This document shows, in pieces, positions 1 to 8,964 of a DNA stretch of 64,000 nt. The DNA is taken from assembly GCA_043732185.1 (NCBI GenBank), contig JAYTHY010000092.1, positions 1-64,000 of the forward strand, in the 5' to 3' direction. How positions within the stretch are numbered: position 1 is the first letter of the stretch; the number at the start of each line of letters is the position of its first letter. Position numbers and translations under genes: made by a program. Source of the DNA: Fibrobacteria bacterium. Lineage in GTDB: Bacteria; Fibrobacterota; Fibrobacteria; UBA11236. Below the pieces are notes generated by a model. The model was not told where the DNA came from, made no database searches, and was given only the letters and a program-made list of their open reading frames with translations.

Positions 1-96
1 TACAATGCGTAAGCGAGGAATATCAATTCTGGAAGGGCTTCAACAAGCTCTCATCGGGGTAAACCCAATATCAGCAATGTCAAGCTGAGTAGTTAC
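1..96 (+). mobile_element. Probable right end of an IS66-family element: transposase C-terminus (<2..88) and terminal inverted repeat ending at 96
   Basis: Frame 2 reads TMRKRGISILEGLQQALIGVNPISAMSS*, like IS66 transposase C-termini (ST.RK.G..VL.AL..AL.G.P). Positions 85-96 read GTAACTACTCAG on the minus strand; IS66 ends begin GTAA. Confidence 0.65.
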
Positions 97-428
97 GAAT
101 AAAGATTGATAGTGGCGCCAAGTTTAGTTGGATTGGAACTATACCCATTGCGGCCTTGTACTGTCGTAGCTACACCGGTGGGTACGACAGAATTTGGACT
201 GGCATCTCTAGCAGCCTGGGTGGGAACGTCCACTCCACTTTCCTGAGCCTGCTTCGACAACTCAAGTCTTGCGGACACCTGCTCGAATTGAGGTGACGAC
301 GGGGGATTACTCTGGGTGACACCGGAATCCGACACAGGAGGATTGGAACGCCTTGGGTTTGGAGCATATTGTGTGCCCTGGATAAGCACACCCTGACTGG
401 AAAAAACTCTTGCTAATTCAGAAAACAT
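93..428 (-). CDS. Hypothetical low-complexity protein (111 aa)
   Basis: ORF with a GGGGGAG RBS-like sequence upstream, divergent from proS; S/P/Q/T-rich; stop codon lies inside the putative IS end. Confidence 0.55.
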   Translation of the reverse strand: MFSELARVFSSQGVLIQGTQYAPNPRRSNPPVSDSGVTQSNPPSSPQFEQVSARLELSKQAQESGVDVPTQAARDASPNSVVPTGVATTVQGRNGYSSNPTKLGATINLYS

Positions 429-533
429 GGTGGGATGGGTCTCCCCCTTCTGTACTATTCTACGAGGTGGATCCTCCAGAATCCAAGGGATTATGGGTTT
501 TTGGGAAATGGGGCCTTTTTCTATCTTCAGTCC

Positions 534-2246
534 ATGCTGGTATCCAAATATTTATTAAAGACACTGCGAGAAGCCCCATCGGGCGCCGAACTTTCAAGCC
601 ATATTTTCCTCCTCCGTGGCGGGTATGTTAAACAACTCGCCTCCGGCCTCTATTCCGTGCTGCCCCTGGGCAAACGTGTCCTGGCCAAAATTGAACGATT
701 GATTCGCGAAGAGATGAACCAGGTGGACGGACAGGAAGTTGACTTGCCGTTGGTGCAGCCGGCGGAACTCTGGATGGAGTCTGGGCGCTATGCGGCTATT
801 GGACCGGAGCTTCTCCGCTTCAAGGATAGGAGCGATCATCACATGGTACTGGCGATGACGCATGAAGAGGCTATTACCGACTTGGTCCGTTTTGTCTTGT
901 CTTCCTATAAGCAATTGCCCTTCATGATTTATCAGTTTAAACTGAAGTTTCGTGACGAACCTCGCGCCCGTGGTGGACTCGTGCGTGTGCGCGAATTCAT
1001 GATGAAGGATGGGTATAGCTTTCATCGCAGCGAAGAGGATCTGGACCAGTATTATGACCGGGTCTACAAAGCCTACACGAATATTTTTTCTCGCGTCGGC
1101 ATCAAACCCATCATTGTCAAATCCGATACCGGGATCATGGGTGGCAAGGTCGCGCATGAATTCATGCTGGAAACCGGCCATGGTGAAGATTACTTGATCA
1201 TTTCCGAAGACGGTACGTATTCCGCCAACCAAGAAATCGCCGAGTTCACCCGGCTGCATGACAAAGCCACTCCGCTTCCCTTAGAAAGAATCGCCACCCC
1301 CGGCCAAAAGACCATAGATGAAGTGTCCCAATTCCTTAAAGTGGATGTGCGTCATACCATGAAAGCTGTTCTCTTTGAGATCGAGCAAGACAAACGTCGC
1401 TGCCTGGTGCTTGCGCTCATCCGCGGCGATCTTGAAATCAGCGAAATCAAACTCCGTAATTATCTAAAAGTCCCGTTTTTACTGCCTGCGGCAGAGGACT
1501 TCATTCGAACCTTTGGTGTGGTACCAGGGTATGCCTCGCCACTTGGCGTTACGGCTCGCCCCGACTTGCTCATTCTTGCGGACCTGTCCATCGCGGAAGG
1601 AAATAATTTCGTGGGCGGTGCCAATGAAGACGGCTTTCATGTCAAGAATGTCAATTTCCGTCGTGATTTCCAAACGCCACATTGTGGAGACTTTGCCAAG
1701 GCCCAGGCCGGCTATTTGGCCCCTGATGGCAAGTCCACATTAAGAGCTGTTCGCGGCATCGAAATAGGCAATATTTTCAAATTGGGGACAAAGTTCAGCG
1801 AGTCCATGAAATGCACCTATCTCGATGAAGAAGGCAAACATCAAACCCCTACCATGGGATGTTATGGCATTGGCTTGGGTCGGCTTATGGCCGCTGCCGT
1901 TGAAAACTCACATGATGAATTTGGACCGATTTGGCCCAAGGAGATTGCGCCATTCCATGTGCACATGCTCAATATTGGCCGTGAACCCGAAGTTTTGGAA
2001 ACCTGCGCCAAACTCATTTTGGAATGGGAAGCCCTGGGACTGGAAGTCTTGTTCGACGATCGCGACGAACGCCCGGGGGTTAAATTCAAGGATGCGGATT
2101 TATGGGGCATCCCGATTCGCATCGCCATTGGAAAAAAGGGGCTGGCCGAAGGCATGGCGGAGTGGAAACCCCGAGACAGCAAAGATTTAGTCAAGGTTCC
2201 GGTGGGCGAGCTGGGCTTAAAGCTCAAAGAGTTTTACCGCACTTAG
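534..2246 (+). CDS. proS: Proline--tRNA ligase (bacterial type with INS editing domain)
   Basis: Motifs MTHEE, KFRDEPRARGGLVRVREFMMKDGYSF, GIEIGNIFKLGTKFS, MGCYGIG, DDRDERPGVKFKDADLWGIP. Start placed at ATG 534 (MLVSK) rather than 435. Confidence 0.97.
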   Translation: MLVSKYLLKTLREAPSGAELSSHIFLLRGGYVKQLASGLYSVLPLGKRVLAKIERLIREEMNQVDGQEVDLPLVQPAELWMESGRYAAIGPELLRFKDRSDHHMVLAMTHEEAITDLVRFVLSSYKQLPFMIYQFKLKFRDEPRARGGLVRVREFMMKDGYSFHRSEEDLDQYYDRVYKAYTNIFSRVGIKPIIVKSDTGIMGGKVAHEFMLETGHGEDYLIISEDGTYSANQEIAEFTRLHDKATPLPLERIATPGQKTIDEVSQFLKVDVRHTMKAVLFEIEQDKRRCLVLALIRGDLEISEIKLRNYLKVPFLLPAAEDFIRTFGVVPGYASPLGVTARPDLLILADLSIAEGNNFVGGANEDGFHVKNVNFRRDFQTPHCGDFAKAQAGYLAPDGKSTLRAVRGIEIGNIFKLGTKFSESMKCTYLDEEGKHQTPTMGCYGIGLGRLMAAAVENSHDEFGPIWPKEIAPFHVHMLNIGREPEVLETCAKLILEWEALGLEVLFDDRDERPGVKFKDADLWGIPIRIAIGKKGLAEGMAEWKPRDSKDLVKVPVGELGLKLKEFYRT

Positions 2247-2342
2247 GCCTGAAATCCGCCTTTCTCCCCCGGCAAGATCACAAATTTATTGTGGATAGGG
2301 CAGGAAATGGGGTAAGATGTTGCAAATGGTGGCCAGCAAAGC

Positions 2343-3200
2343 ATGATCCTCAAGTTTTGGGGGGTAAGGGGAAGCATTCCCACACCTTCCCCGCATACAA
2401 TTCGGTTCGGCGGTAATACCTCATGCCTATCCGCTGATTTTGGCAGCAATATCGTCATCTTTGACGCCGGTACCGGTATTCGAAATCTGGGCAACACCAT
2501 ACTGGAAAGAGCGGATAAACCAAAACTGGATATGTTTTTAAGTCATGTGCATTGGGATCATATCCAGGGTTTCCCGTTTTTTGGGCCCGGCTATCGGGAA
2601 GGCTATACCATCGATGTGCATGGACGTGGAAAGGCCGACAATACCTTAGGCGAGATTTTAGCCGGCCAAATGGAAGGTCCCAATTTTCCCGTTTCACTGC
2701 ACCAACTGGGAGCCACATTCTCATATTCGGATATTGTGCCCGGTCAATCTATGACCATTAAAAGTAGTGATGGAATTCCGATAGCAAAAGTGACCTGCGC
2801 GGCCGGGCGACATCCCAATGGCGTTTTGGTCTATCGCTTGGATGATTTGCGCAATGGTACTGCCTTGGTTTACGCCACCGACACAGAACACCTGCCGGAA
2901 AAATTGGATCTCAACATTGGGGACTTGGCCAAAGGGGTTGACCTACTCATTTACGATGGCATGTATACACCCGAGGAGTATGAGACGAAATACAAGGGCT
3001 GGGGTCATTCCACTTGGGAAAAAGGTTTTGAATTAGCCAAATACGCCGGAGTCAAAAAATACGTGGTCTTTCACCATGACCCCAATCACACCGATGATTT
3101 TCTCGATGCCTACGAAGCTGAGGTGCGCGAAAAGTGCAGAGGGAAAATGCCCACATTAGAGGTTTCCTTTGCGCGAGAACTGGTCGAAATCCACCTTTAG
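2343..3200 (+). CDS. MBL-fold metallo-hydrolase (FWGVRGSIP subfamily, putative phosphodiesterase)
   Basis: FWGVRGSIP...GGNTSC, DAGTG, SHVHWDHIQG (HxHxDH), TDTEH, WGHST, FHHDP. Confidence 0.9.
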   Translation: MILKFWGVRGSIPTPSPHTIRFGGNTSCLSADFGSNIVIFDAGTGIRNLGNTILERADKPKLDMFLSHVHWDHIQGFPFFGPGYREGYTIDVHGRGKADNTLGEILAGQMEGPNFPVSLHQLGATFSYSDIVPGQSMTIKSSDGIPIAKVTCAAGRHPNGVLVYRLDDLRNGTALVYATDTEHLPEKLDLNIGDLAKGVDLLIYDGMYTPEEYETKYKGWGHSTWEKGFELAKYAGVKKYVVFHHDPNHTDDFLDAYEAEVREKCRGKMPTLEVSFARELVEIHL

Positions 3201-3228
3201 TCTTGGACTTTAATTAGAACATTAGCTC

Positions 3229-5586
3229 CTAAAAAGTTTTGCGCACCCGATGATCCGGTGACTTTTCTTTGGGTTTAACTTTCTCCTTTTCTTTACCTTT
3301 GCCGTTCTCGGCCTCTGCCCCGGCAGCGGCATGATGGTCCTTATGCTGATTGGCTGTAAAGAGGTCCTGTCCAGATTTGGATTGTGAATGCATCTCTGGA
3401 GTACACGCTTCCGTAGGTTCATGACCCATTATGTAATAATCAGAAGTAGTCAATTTGCAAAAAGGCCTCGCCAGCAAGCCTGATGTTTGGCAGACGGTAG
3501 CCTCAACCACACCCTCTGGGCGTGGAAAGGGAAGCGCCGTTTTGCCTTTTTCGGCATGGGTCATAACAGAAAGCCACACCGGCACAGCATCATCCGCGCC
3601 GGTATGTCCGGGACCCATTCCCTTATGGTTGTCCGCACCCACCCAAACGCCCATGGTCAAGCGCTTGGTAAAACCGATGTACCATGCATCCGTAAAATCA
3701 TTGGTTGTGCCAGTTTTCCCACCGGAAGGATGGTTGAATCCGCTGGCCCAGATGGAAGCTGCAGTACCGTGAATATTGACATCCCTTAACATGGTGCACA
3801 TGATCCAGGCCGCTTCCTTCCGGATCACTTCTTGGGTTTGCGGAACATTTTGGTAAATCGATTGACCATTCTTATCGACGATTTTTTCGACCATGTACGG
3901 CAATGGCCGCACGCCACCATCTGGAAAGGCCGTATACGCCGACGTCAATTCCATCAAGGTGGCTTCGCAGGAACCGATGCCCAAAGATGGGACGGGTGGC
4001 ACATTGTGGGTCAAACCGAATTTTCTGGCATAGGAAACTACTGTATTCAAACCATATTTAATGGCTACTTCAATTGCGGGTAGGTTTTTTGATTTATATA
4101 ATGCACGCCGCATGCTGATTTTTCCATCAAACCCGGCATCGAAATTATGCGGCCGCCAAAATTTAGTTGAATCCATGGGATCCGGTATGGTGATGGGTTG
4201 GTCGTTCAAAATATCCCCGGGACTTGCGCCGTTATCAACGGCGGCAGCATAGACAAAGGGCTTAAATGAGGAGCCGGGTGAGCGAACGGCTTGAACGGCG
4301 CGATTGTATTTGGACTTCTCAAAATTCTCTCCACCCACCATGGCCCGCACGGCGCCGGTTTCATTGTCAAGAATGAGCAATGCCGATTCCACATGGACGT
4401 ATTTGAGGGAATCGGGAAAACGCGGGTGTTCGGTAGAGGTGTCCTTTTGCATAAATAACGTGTCGAATTTGGGGTAGTATTGGTCCCAATGACGGACAAT
4501 GGTATCGATGTTGACTTTGAGGTTACCGGCCATATTAAAGGAACGAGCAGTACGGTAACGGAGCCGATTGCGCGTATGGCGGAGGTTTTCAACCAAAGTC
4601 GATTCTGCAAAAGTTTGCAAGGCGGAATCCAAGGTTGTATACACGGTGACGCCTTGATTATAGATCAAATCCTCATTCCACTGCTTTTCCATGAATTGGC
4701 GAACCGTCTCCACGTAGTATGCCCCTAGCCCGGTGGGTGGCATCCACATCTTGAGATCCAGGGGGGATTTAACGGCTTCTTTCCATTGCTTGCGGTCTAT
4801 GTAACCCATGGACTTCATTGCCCCGAGAACGATATTGCGTCTCTCGCGACCTGCCTCAGGACTCAAGTCGGGTCGATAGGCTTCAGGCCTTTGCAATAGA
4901 CCGGCTAATAGAGCATACTGGCTGATGGAAAGGGAATCAAGCGGCTTAGAAAAATAACGCTCGGCAGCCGCCGCAAAACCATATGCGCCAGCGCCAAGAT
5001 ACACTTGATTAAAATAAAATTCCAATATTTCGTCTTTGGTGTAGGTCTTTTCGATTTGAATCGCGACCATGACTTCCTTTAGCTTGCGAACAATCGAACG
5101 CTCTGAAGTCAAAAACAGATTCTTGGCGAGCTGCTGCGTGAGAGTAGACGCACCTCGCGCACGTCTGCCCAAAAGGGCTGGCAGCAATGCGGAAGGATAG
5201 GCGGCCAAATCGACGCCCCAATGCTGATAAAAATGTTGATCTTCAATGGCGAATACCGCTTGTTTTTGAGCTAAAGGAATCTTATTGGCAGGTGTCCAAA
5301 TTCGGCGTTGGGTGTAAAATTCATGAACCAATGCCGAATCTTTATCATACACACGCGTGATAAGGTTGGGAGTGATGCGTTCCAGTGTCTCCAGGGACGG
5401 CAAAGATCGGGAATAGTAAATAACGATTCCAGCTATCAGAACCACGCCCAGTAAAGGCAGAATCCCCAGTATTAAAAACCATTTTCGAATGCTACGCCGA
5501 TAAGCTGCCTTACCTAAATTTCCACGCACTTGGCGAAGCCATTCGGTGAATTGGGATTTTATCGCCCGAAACAACTTTTTAAACAT
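3229..5586 (-). CDS. Class A penicillin-binding protein (PBP1A family)
   Basis: N-terminal TM; transglycosylase EDQHFYQHWG, GASTLTQQLAKN, RKLKE; transpeptidase GSSFKPF (SxxK), SKN, KTGT. Confidence 0.95.
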   Translation of the reverse strand: MFKKLFRAIKSQFTEWLRQVRGNLGKAAYRRSIRKWFLILGILPLLGVVLIAGIVIYYSRSLPSLETLERITPNLITRVYDKDSALVHEFYTQRRIWTPANKIPLAQKQAVFAIEDQHFYQHWGVDLAAYPSALLPALLGRRARGASTLTQQLAKNLFLTSERSIVRKLKEVMVAIQIEKTYTKDEILEFYFNQVYLGAGAYGFAAAAERYFSKPLDSLSISQYALLAGLLQRPEAYRPDLSPEAGRERRNIVLGAMKSMGYIDRKQWKEAVKSPLDLKMWMPPTGLGAYYVETVRQFMEKQWNEDLIYNQGVTVYTTLDSALQTFAESTLVENLRHTRNRLRYRTARSFNMAGNLKVNIDTIVRHWDQYYPKFDTLFMQKDTSTEHPRFPDSLKYVHVESALLILDNETGAVRAMVGGENFEKSKYNRAVQAVRSPGSSFKPFVYAAAVDNGASPGDILNDQPITIPDPMDSTKFWRPHNFDAGFDGKISMRRALYKSKNLPAIEVAIKYGLNTVVSYARKFGLTHNVPPVPSLGIGSCEATLMELTSAYTAFPDGGVRPLPYMVEKIVDKNGQSIYQNVPQTQEVIRKEAAWIMCTMLRDVNIHGTAASIWASGFNHPSGGKTGTTNDFTDAWYIGFTKRLTMGVWVGADNHKGMGPGHTGADDAVPVWLSVMTHAEKGKTALPFPRPEGVVEATVCQTSGLLARPFCKLTTSDYYIMGHEPTEACTPEMHSQSKSGQDLFTANQHKDHHAAAGAEAENGKGKEKEKVKPKEKSPDHRVRKTF

Positions 5587-5729
5587 GGGTTCCTAAGGTA
5601 AAAACATTGCCGCGAATTACTTATTTTTAAGCAATCGTATTACCCGGTTTCTGGTGGATCGTTCATCCCTTTTTAAGCGGTGGAACCGTCCAAAGAATTT
5701 CGGGGAAACCCCAGTTAGGAGCTCCCCGT

Positions 5730-6626
5730 ATGCAAATTCAAAAATGGAACCAAATACTGGCCTTCGCCTTTTCCAGCAGCCTGGCCTTGGGACTTCTGGC
5801 CTGTAACTCCACAGCACCAGATAAGACACCCCCAACTTATACCATCAATTTATTGCAATCCCAAGGAAAATATCTATTCGGAATAACCGATACCATCGCA
5901 ATAACCTTCTCAGAGAAAATTGACACCTCTGCTCTGGCTGTGGAATGCACACCGTCGGCAGGAATCGCCAACCGCTTCATTGACGGCAACAGGCTCCAAA
6001 TTTATGGTAAAAACCAAACCTACGGAACAGGACACTTCAACATCAATTCTCCGTTCACGGCCGTACTGACAGGCTTGCGCGATACGCATGGAAATGGTCT
6101 GCCGAGAATTGAAACCCAGTTCTCGCCTTTTCCCTGGGTGGATCGGGACCGCATTGATTCGACTTTCAGCGGCATTGACACTCTCTTTCTCTCTCCGACC
6201 ACCTGGATGGACGGTAGCCCCGTAACCGATTCCTTGACCACGGAAGGGGAATTGGATTTTAAAAAGCTTTCGGGAATTTTGGATTATTCCGATCTGAAAG
6301 TCATGACTTTGACCGGTGGGGACACACTTTTCCTCAGCCTAACTACGCGAAAGGATTTGGATTTGACCTTAAAGGTCGCGGGCCCCTATTCACAAGCTGG
6401 GTTGGATTCGATTATGGCCCTCAACAATGATCCCGACGCTGTAGTCGTCACGCTACAAACCGGAACCAAAGGGGTGGCTTCGGCAAAAATTCCGGCCGAT
6501 TTGGCTGAATACAAACGGAAATTCAAGGACCCGGGAGCCCAGGGTCTGTACCTTATTATTCTTCGGATTCCTCAATTTAAAGAAGGCTTTTATCAATTGG
6601 GAACGCGCATTCACGCCTTCCAGTGA
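5730..6626 (+). CDS. Lipoprotein with probable Ig-like domain, function unknown
   Basis: Lipobox LLAC; ITFSEKIDTSAL and LTGLRDTHGNGL resemble Big_5-type Ig-like domains. Confidence 0.7.
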   Translation: MQIQKWNQILAFAFSSSLALGLLACNSTAPDKTPPTYTINLLQSQGKYLFGITDTIAITFSEKIDTSALAVECTPSAGIANRFIDGNRLQIYGKNQTYGTGHFNINSPFTAVLTGLRDTHGNGLPRIETQFSPFPWVDRDRIDSTFSGIDTLFLSPTTWMDGSPVTDSLTTEGELDFKKLSGILDYSDLKVMTLTGGDTLFLSLTTRKDLDLTLKVAGPYSQAGLDSIMALNNDPDAVVVTLQTGTKGVASAKIPADLAEYKRKFKDPGAQGLYLIILRIPQFKEGFYQLGTRIHAFQ

Positions 6627-6685
6627 CCGCTAACCTGACAAGCTGGGGGGCTTTTAGTACCTTAGGCTTTCCATCGGAAAAATAC

Positions 6686-6759
6686 GCAGGTGTGGCCAAA
6701 CTGGATAAGGCATCTGACTACGAATCAGAAGACTCCAGGTTCGAATCCTGGCACTTGCA
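6686..6759 (+). tRNA. tRNA-Arg(ACG), CCA not encoded
   Basis: Acceptor stem GCAGGTG/CACTTGC; D-arm GCCAAACTGGATAAGGC; anticodon arm TCTGA-CTACGAA-TCAGA; T-arm CCAGG-TTCGAAT-CCTGG. Confidence 0.97.
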
Positions 6760-6789
6760 ATTTTATAGGCCCTGGAACCTTAGAAGCCC

Positions 6790-7050
6790 TTAATCCTCTA
6801 TTCCGTGATGTACGGTGGCCTCTTTCATCGACACCAGCGCTTCCATGATGTATTCGCATTTCTTGATAAACTCCAGCCTTGTTTGCTGCTCGTTCACATA
6901 GTCGCGTTCTACGAAAATTCTTGCGGAGTCCCGGATGACTGCTTCCATTTGTTGGGCAGTTAGAAAATCCGAATAATGATCGAGCAGCTCCAATAAGGTC
7001 TGGAAGCGGAAGGTATGATTTCTGCGTTCAGATGCACTCATGGGTCGCAT
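6790..7050 (-). CDS. Small helical hypothetical protein (86 aa)
   Basis: GGAG RBS upstream of ATG; fills an otherwise empty gap; helical composition. Confidence 0.6.
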   Translation of the reverse strand: MRPMSASERRNHTFRFQTLLELLDHYSDFLTAQQMEAVIRDSARIFVERDYVNEQQTRLEFIKKCEYIMEALVSMKEATVHHGIED

Positions 7051-7184
7051 ATCTACTCCAACGTTTAGCCTATCGAACCGAAAACTGTCCTACCTAGGCA
7101 ATGTTAAAGCACGGCTGTGTGCCTGCGCCAGGCAAAACGCATTTTATTCCTAGATATCCCGCCTCTAATACCTATATTTGGCCT

Positions 7185-7514
7185 ATGAGCATAGACACCA
7201 TCGCTTCAGTCATCCTTGAAAAACTGCGAAGTATCGCCCAAACGGATACGGTCATCGGTAAGCCCATTGTGCTGGACCAGGTTACTTTAATTCCGGTTTC
7301 GAAAGTTTCTGTGGGTTTTGGCCTAGGGTCCAACACCGGCAAATCGGAAATGGCCGGCTCTGGCGGTGGTTTGAGCGTTGAACCCATCGCCTTCATCGTT
7401 GTCAGTGATGGAAAGGCTCAGTTGATGAGTTTGACCCGTGAAAGAGATGTTTTCGGGAAGGCCATTGACTTGGTTCCGGAAGTACTGGCTCTGTTGAAAA
7501 AAGGTAAAGGCTAA
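7185..7514 (+). CDS. GerW/YtfJ-family protein
   Basis: TDTVIGKPI, TLIPVSKVSVGFGLG, GSGGGLSVEPIAFIVV, IDLVPEV. Start placed at ATG 7185. Confidence 0.85.
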   Translation: MSIDTIASVILEKLRSIAQTDTVIGKPIVLDQVTLIPVSKVSVGFGLGSNTGKSEMAGSGGGLSVEPIAFIVVSDGKAQLMSLTRERDVFGKAIDLVPEVLALLKKGKG

Positions 7515-8845
7515 TCCTTAAGCATTTCCTTAAATCGTTTTTCCAAAATCGCCCGCACCTGCCCCACATCCGCTGCACATTCTGAAATAGGATTTGCGAA
7601 TTCCGGATGGATGTCCGCCATTTCCTTTTTATGATAGCGCGTTTTGAATTCGGAAAACTTTAGTCCATGCGCGGTCGAGACCACAACGATCCGGTCTCGG
7701 CGCGTCACGGATTTGTCCTCCACCATTTGGAGTAAAGCCCCCAAGGCAACGCCGGTATGTGGATCACAATAAAGGCCGGTTCTATCCGCCATATGGGCGG
7801 CATTTGCCAATTGCTCCTCAGTAACCTGATACACTTGTCCCGAGTATCTTTTCAAAACCTTGACGGCGCGATCATAGCTTACTGGATTGCCGATTTGAAT
7901 GGCAGAGGCCTCCGTTTTCTTGGCCTGCATTGGGACAAGCTTGGCAAATCCTTGTTGATAGGATTGATACAACGGATTGGCATTAGCCGCCTGAGCCACC
8001 ACCAAACGAGGCTTTTTTGTGATGAGGCCGAGCTCCAACAGCATATCGAAGCCCATTCCCAAAGCGGAAACATTTCCCAAATTCCCACCAGGGATGATGA
8101 GGACATCGGGCACTTCCCAGCCGAATTGTTGACAAATCTCTATGCTGATCGTTTTCTGGCCTTCAATGCGCAGCGAGTTCATGGAATTTGCCAAATACAG
8201 ACTTTTGTCTTCGGTAATTTCCTGCACGACCTTCATGCAGCCATCGAAATCCGTATCCAAGGACAAGACAATGGCTCCGTTGGAAATCGGCTGTATCAGC
8301 TGGGCAACGCTGATTTTATTGCTCGGCAAGAATACGACCGCAGGAATACCGGCGGCGGCGCAATAGGCGGCCAAGGCAGCGGAAGTGTCTCCGGTGGACG
8401 CGCAAGCCACGGCCTTGATGGGTACGCCTCGTTTTCGCATATGGTTTACTTGGGAAACCAGCACCGTCATTCCCAAGTCCTTGAAAGAACCCGTATGGCT
8501 ATTGCCACACAGCTTAACCCATAAATCGTCCAAGCCGAGATGTTTTCCCAGTCGCTGGGCATAGAAAAGATTCGTCCAGCCTTCATTGAGTGAAACGATG
8601 TCTTCGGCCGGAATGCCCGGCAAAACCCATTCCTGCTTGCCCCAAATGCCCGAAGCCAAAGGCCACTGGTGCGAACCACTCCGCGACTCAAAGAGATTCT
8701 TCCAGTCTTGGGCTGACCGGTCTCGCAACGCATTTAGATCATGGACAACCTCGAGTAAGCCGTCTTCTGAATCTTTATAGACGATTTGATCGAGAGAATA
8801 CGTCTCACCGGTGCGAGATCCTTTGAAACATGCACTGAAAGCCAT
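7511..8845 (-). CDS. thrC: Threonine synthase
   Basis: HTGSFKDLGMT (PLP Lys), ACASTGDTSAALAAY, NSMNSLRIEGQKT, PGGNLGN, STAHGLKF. Confidence 0.95.
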   Translation of the reverse strand: MAFSACFKGSRTGETYSLDQIVYKDSEDGLLEVVHDLNALRDRSAQDWKNLFESRSGSHQWPLASGIWGKQEWVLPGIPAEDIVSLNEGWTNLFYAQRLGKHLGLDDLWVKLCGNSHTGSFKDLGMTVLVSQVNHMRKRGVPIKAVACASTGDTSAALAAYCAAAGIPAVVFLPSNKISVAQLIQPISNGAIVLSLDTDFDGCMKVVQEITEDKSLYLANSMNSLRIEGQKTISIEICQQFGWEVPDVLIIPGGNLGNVSALGMGFDMLLELGLITKKPRLVVAQAANANPLYQSYQQGFAKLVPMQAKKTEASAIQIGNPVSYDRAVKVLKRYSGQVYQVTEEQLANAAHMADRTGLYCDPHTGVALGALLQMVEDKSVTRRDRIVVVSTAHGLKFSEFKTRYHKKEMADIHPEFANPISECAADVGQVRAILEKRFKEMLKD

Positions 8846-8964
8846 ACTTCAAATGTAGGAAATTTTATATTTTGAGCCCGTTCTCCCTGAAGAGGGAACA
8901 ACTGGAAAGGGATGGTTCCCCTCCATTCGCAAAATTTTGATTTGCGGAAAGTCGGATTTCCCCT

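Noticed and set aside
435..533. N-terminal extension of ProS (similarly the ORF-track starts at 7101, 17975, 33214, 47251, 56808, 58938)
   Set aside because: Family similarity or start-stop coupling begins at downstream codons; the extensions look like longest-ORF artefacts.
6686..7100. Genomic island integrated at tRNA-Arg
   Set aside because: No integrase, and no duplicated tRNA 3' end noticed in the window.
7757..8524. 255-aa plus-strand ORF
   Set aside because: Antisense shadow of thrC.
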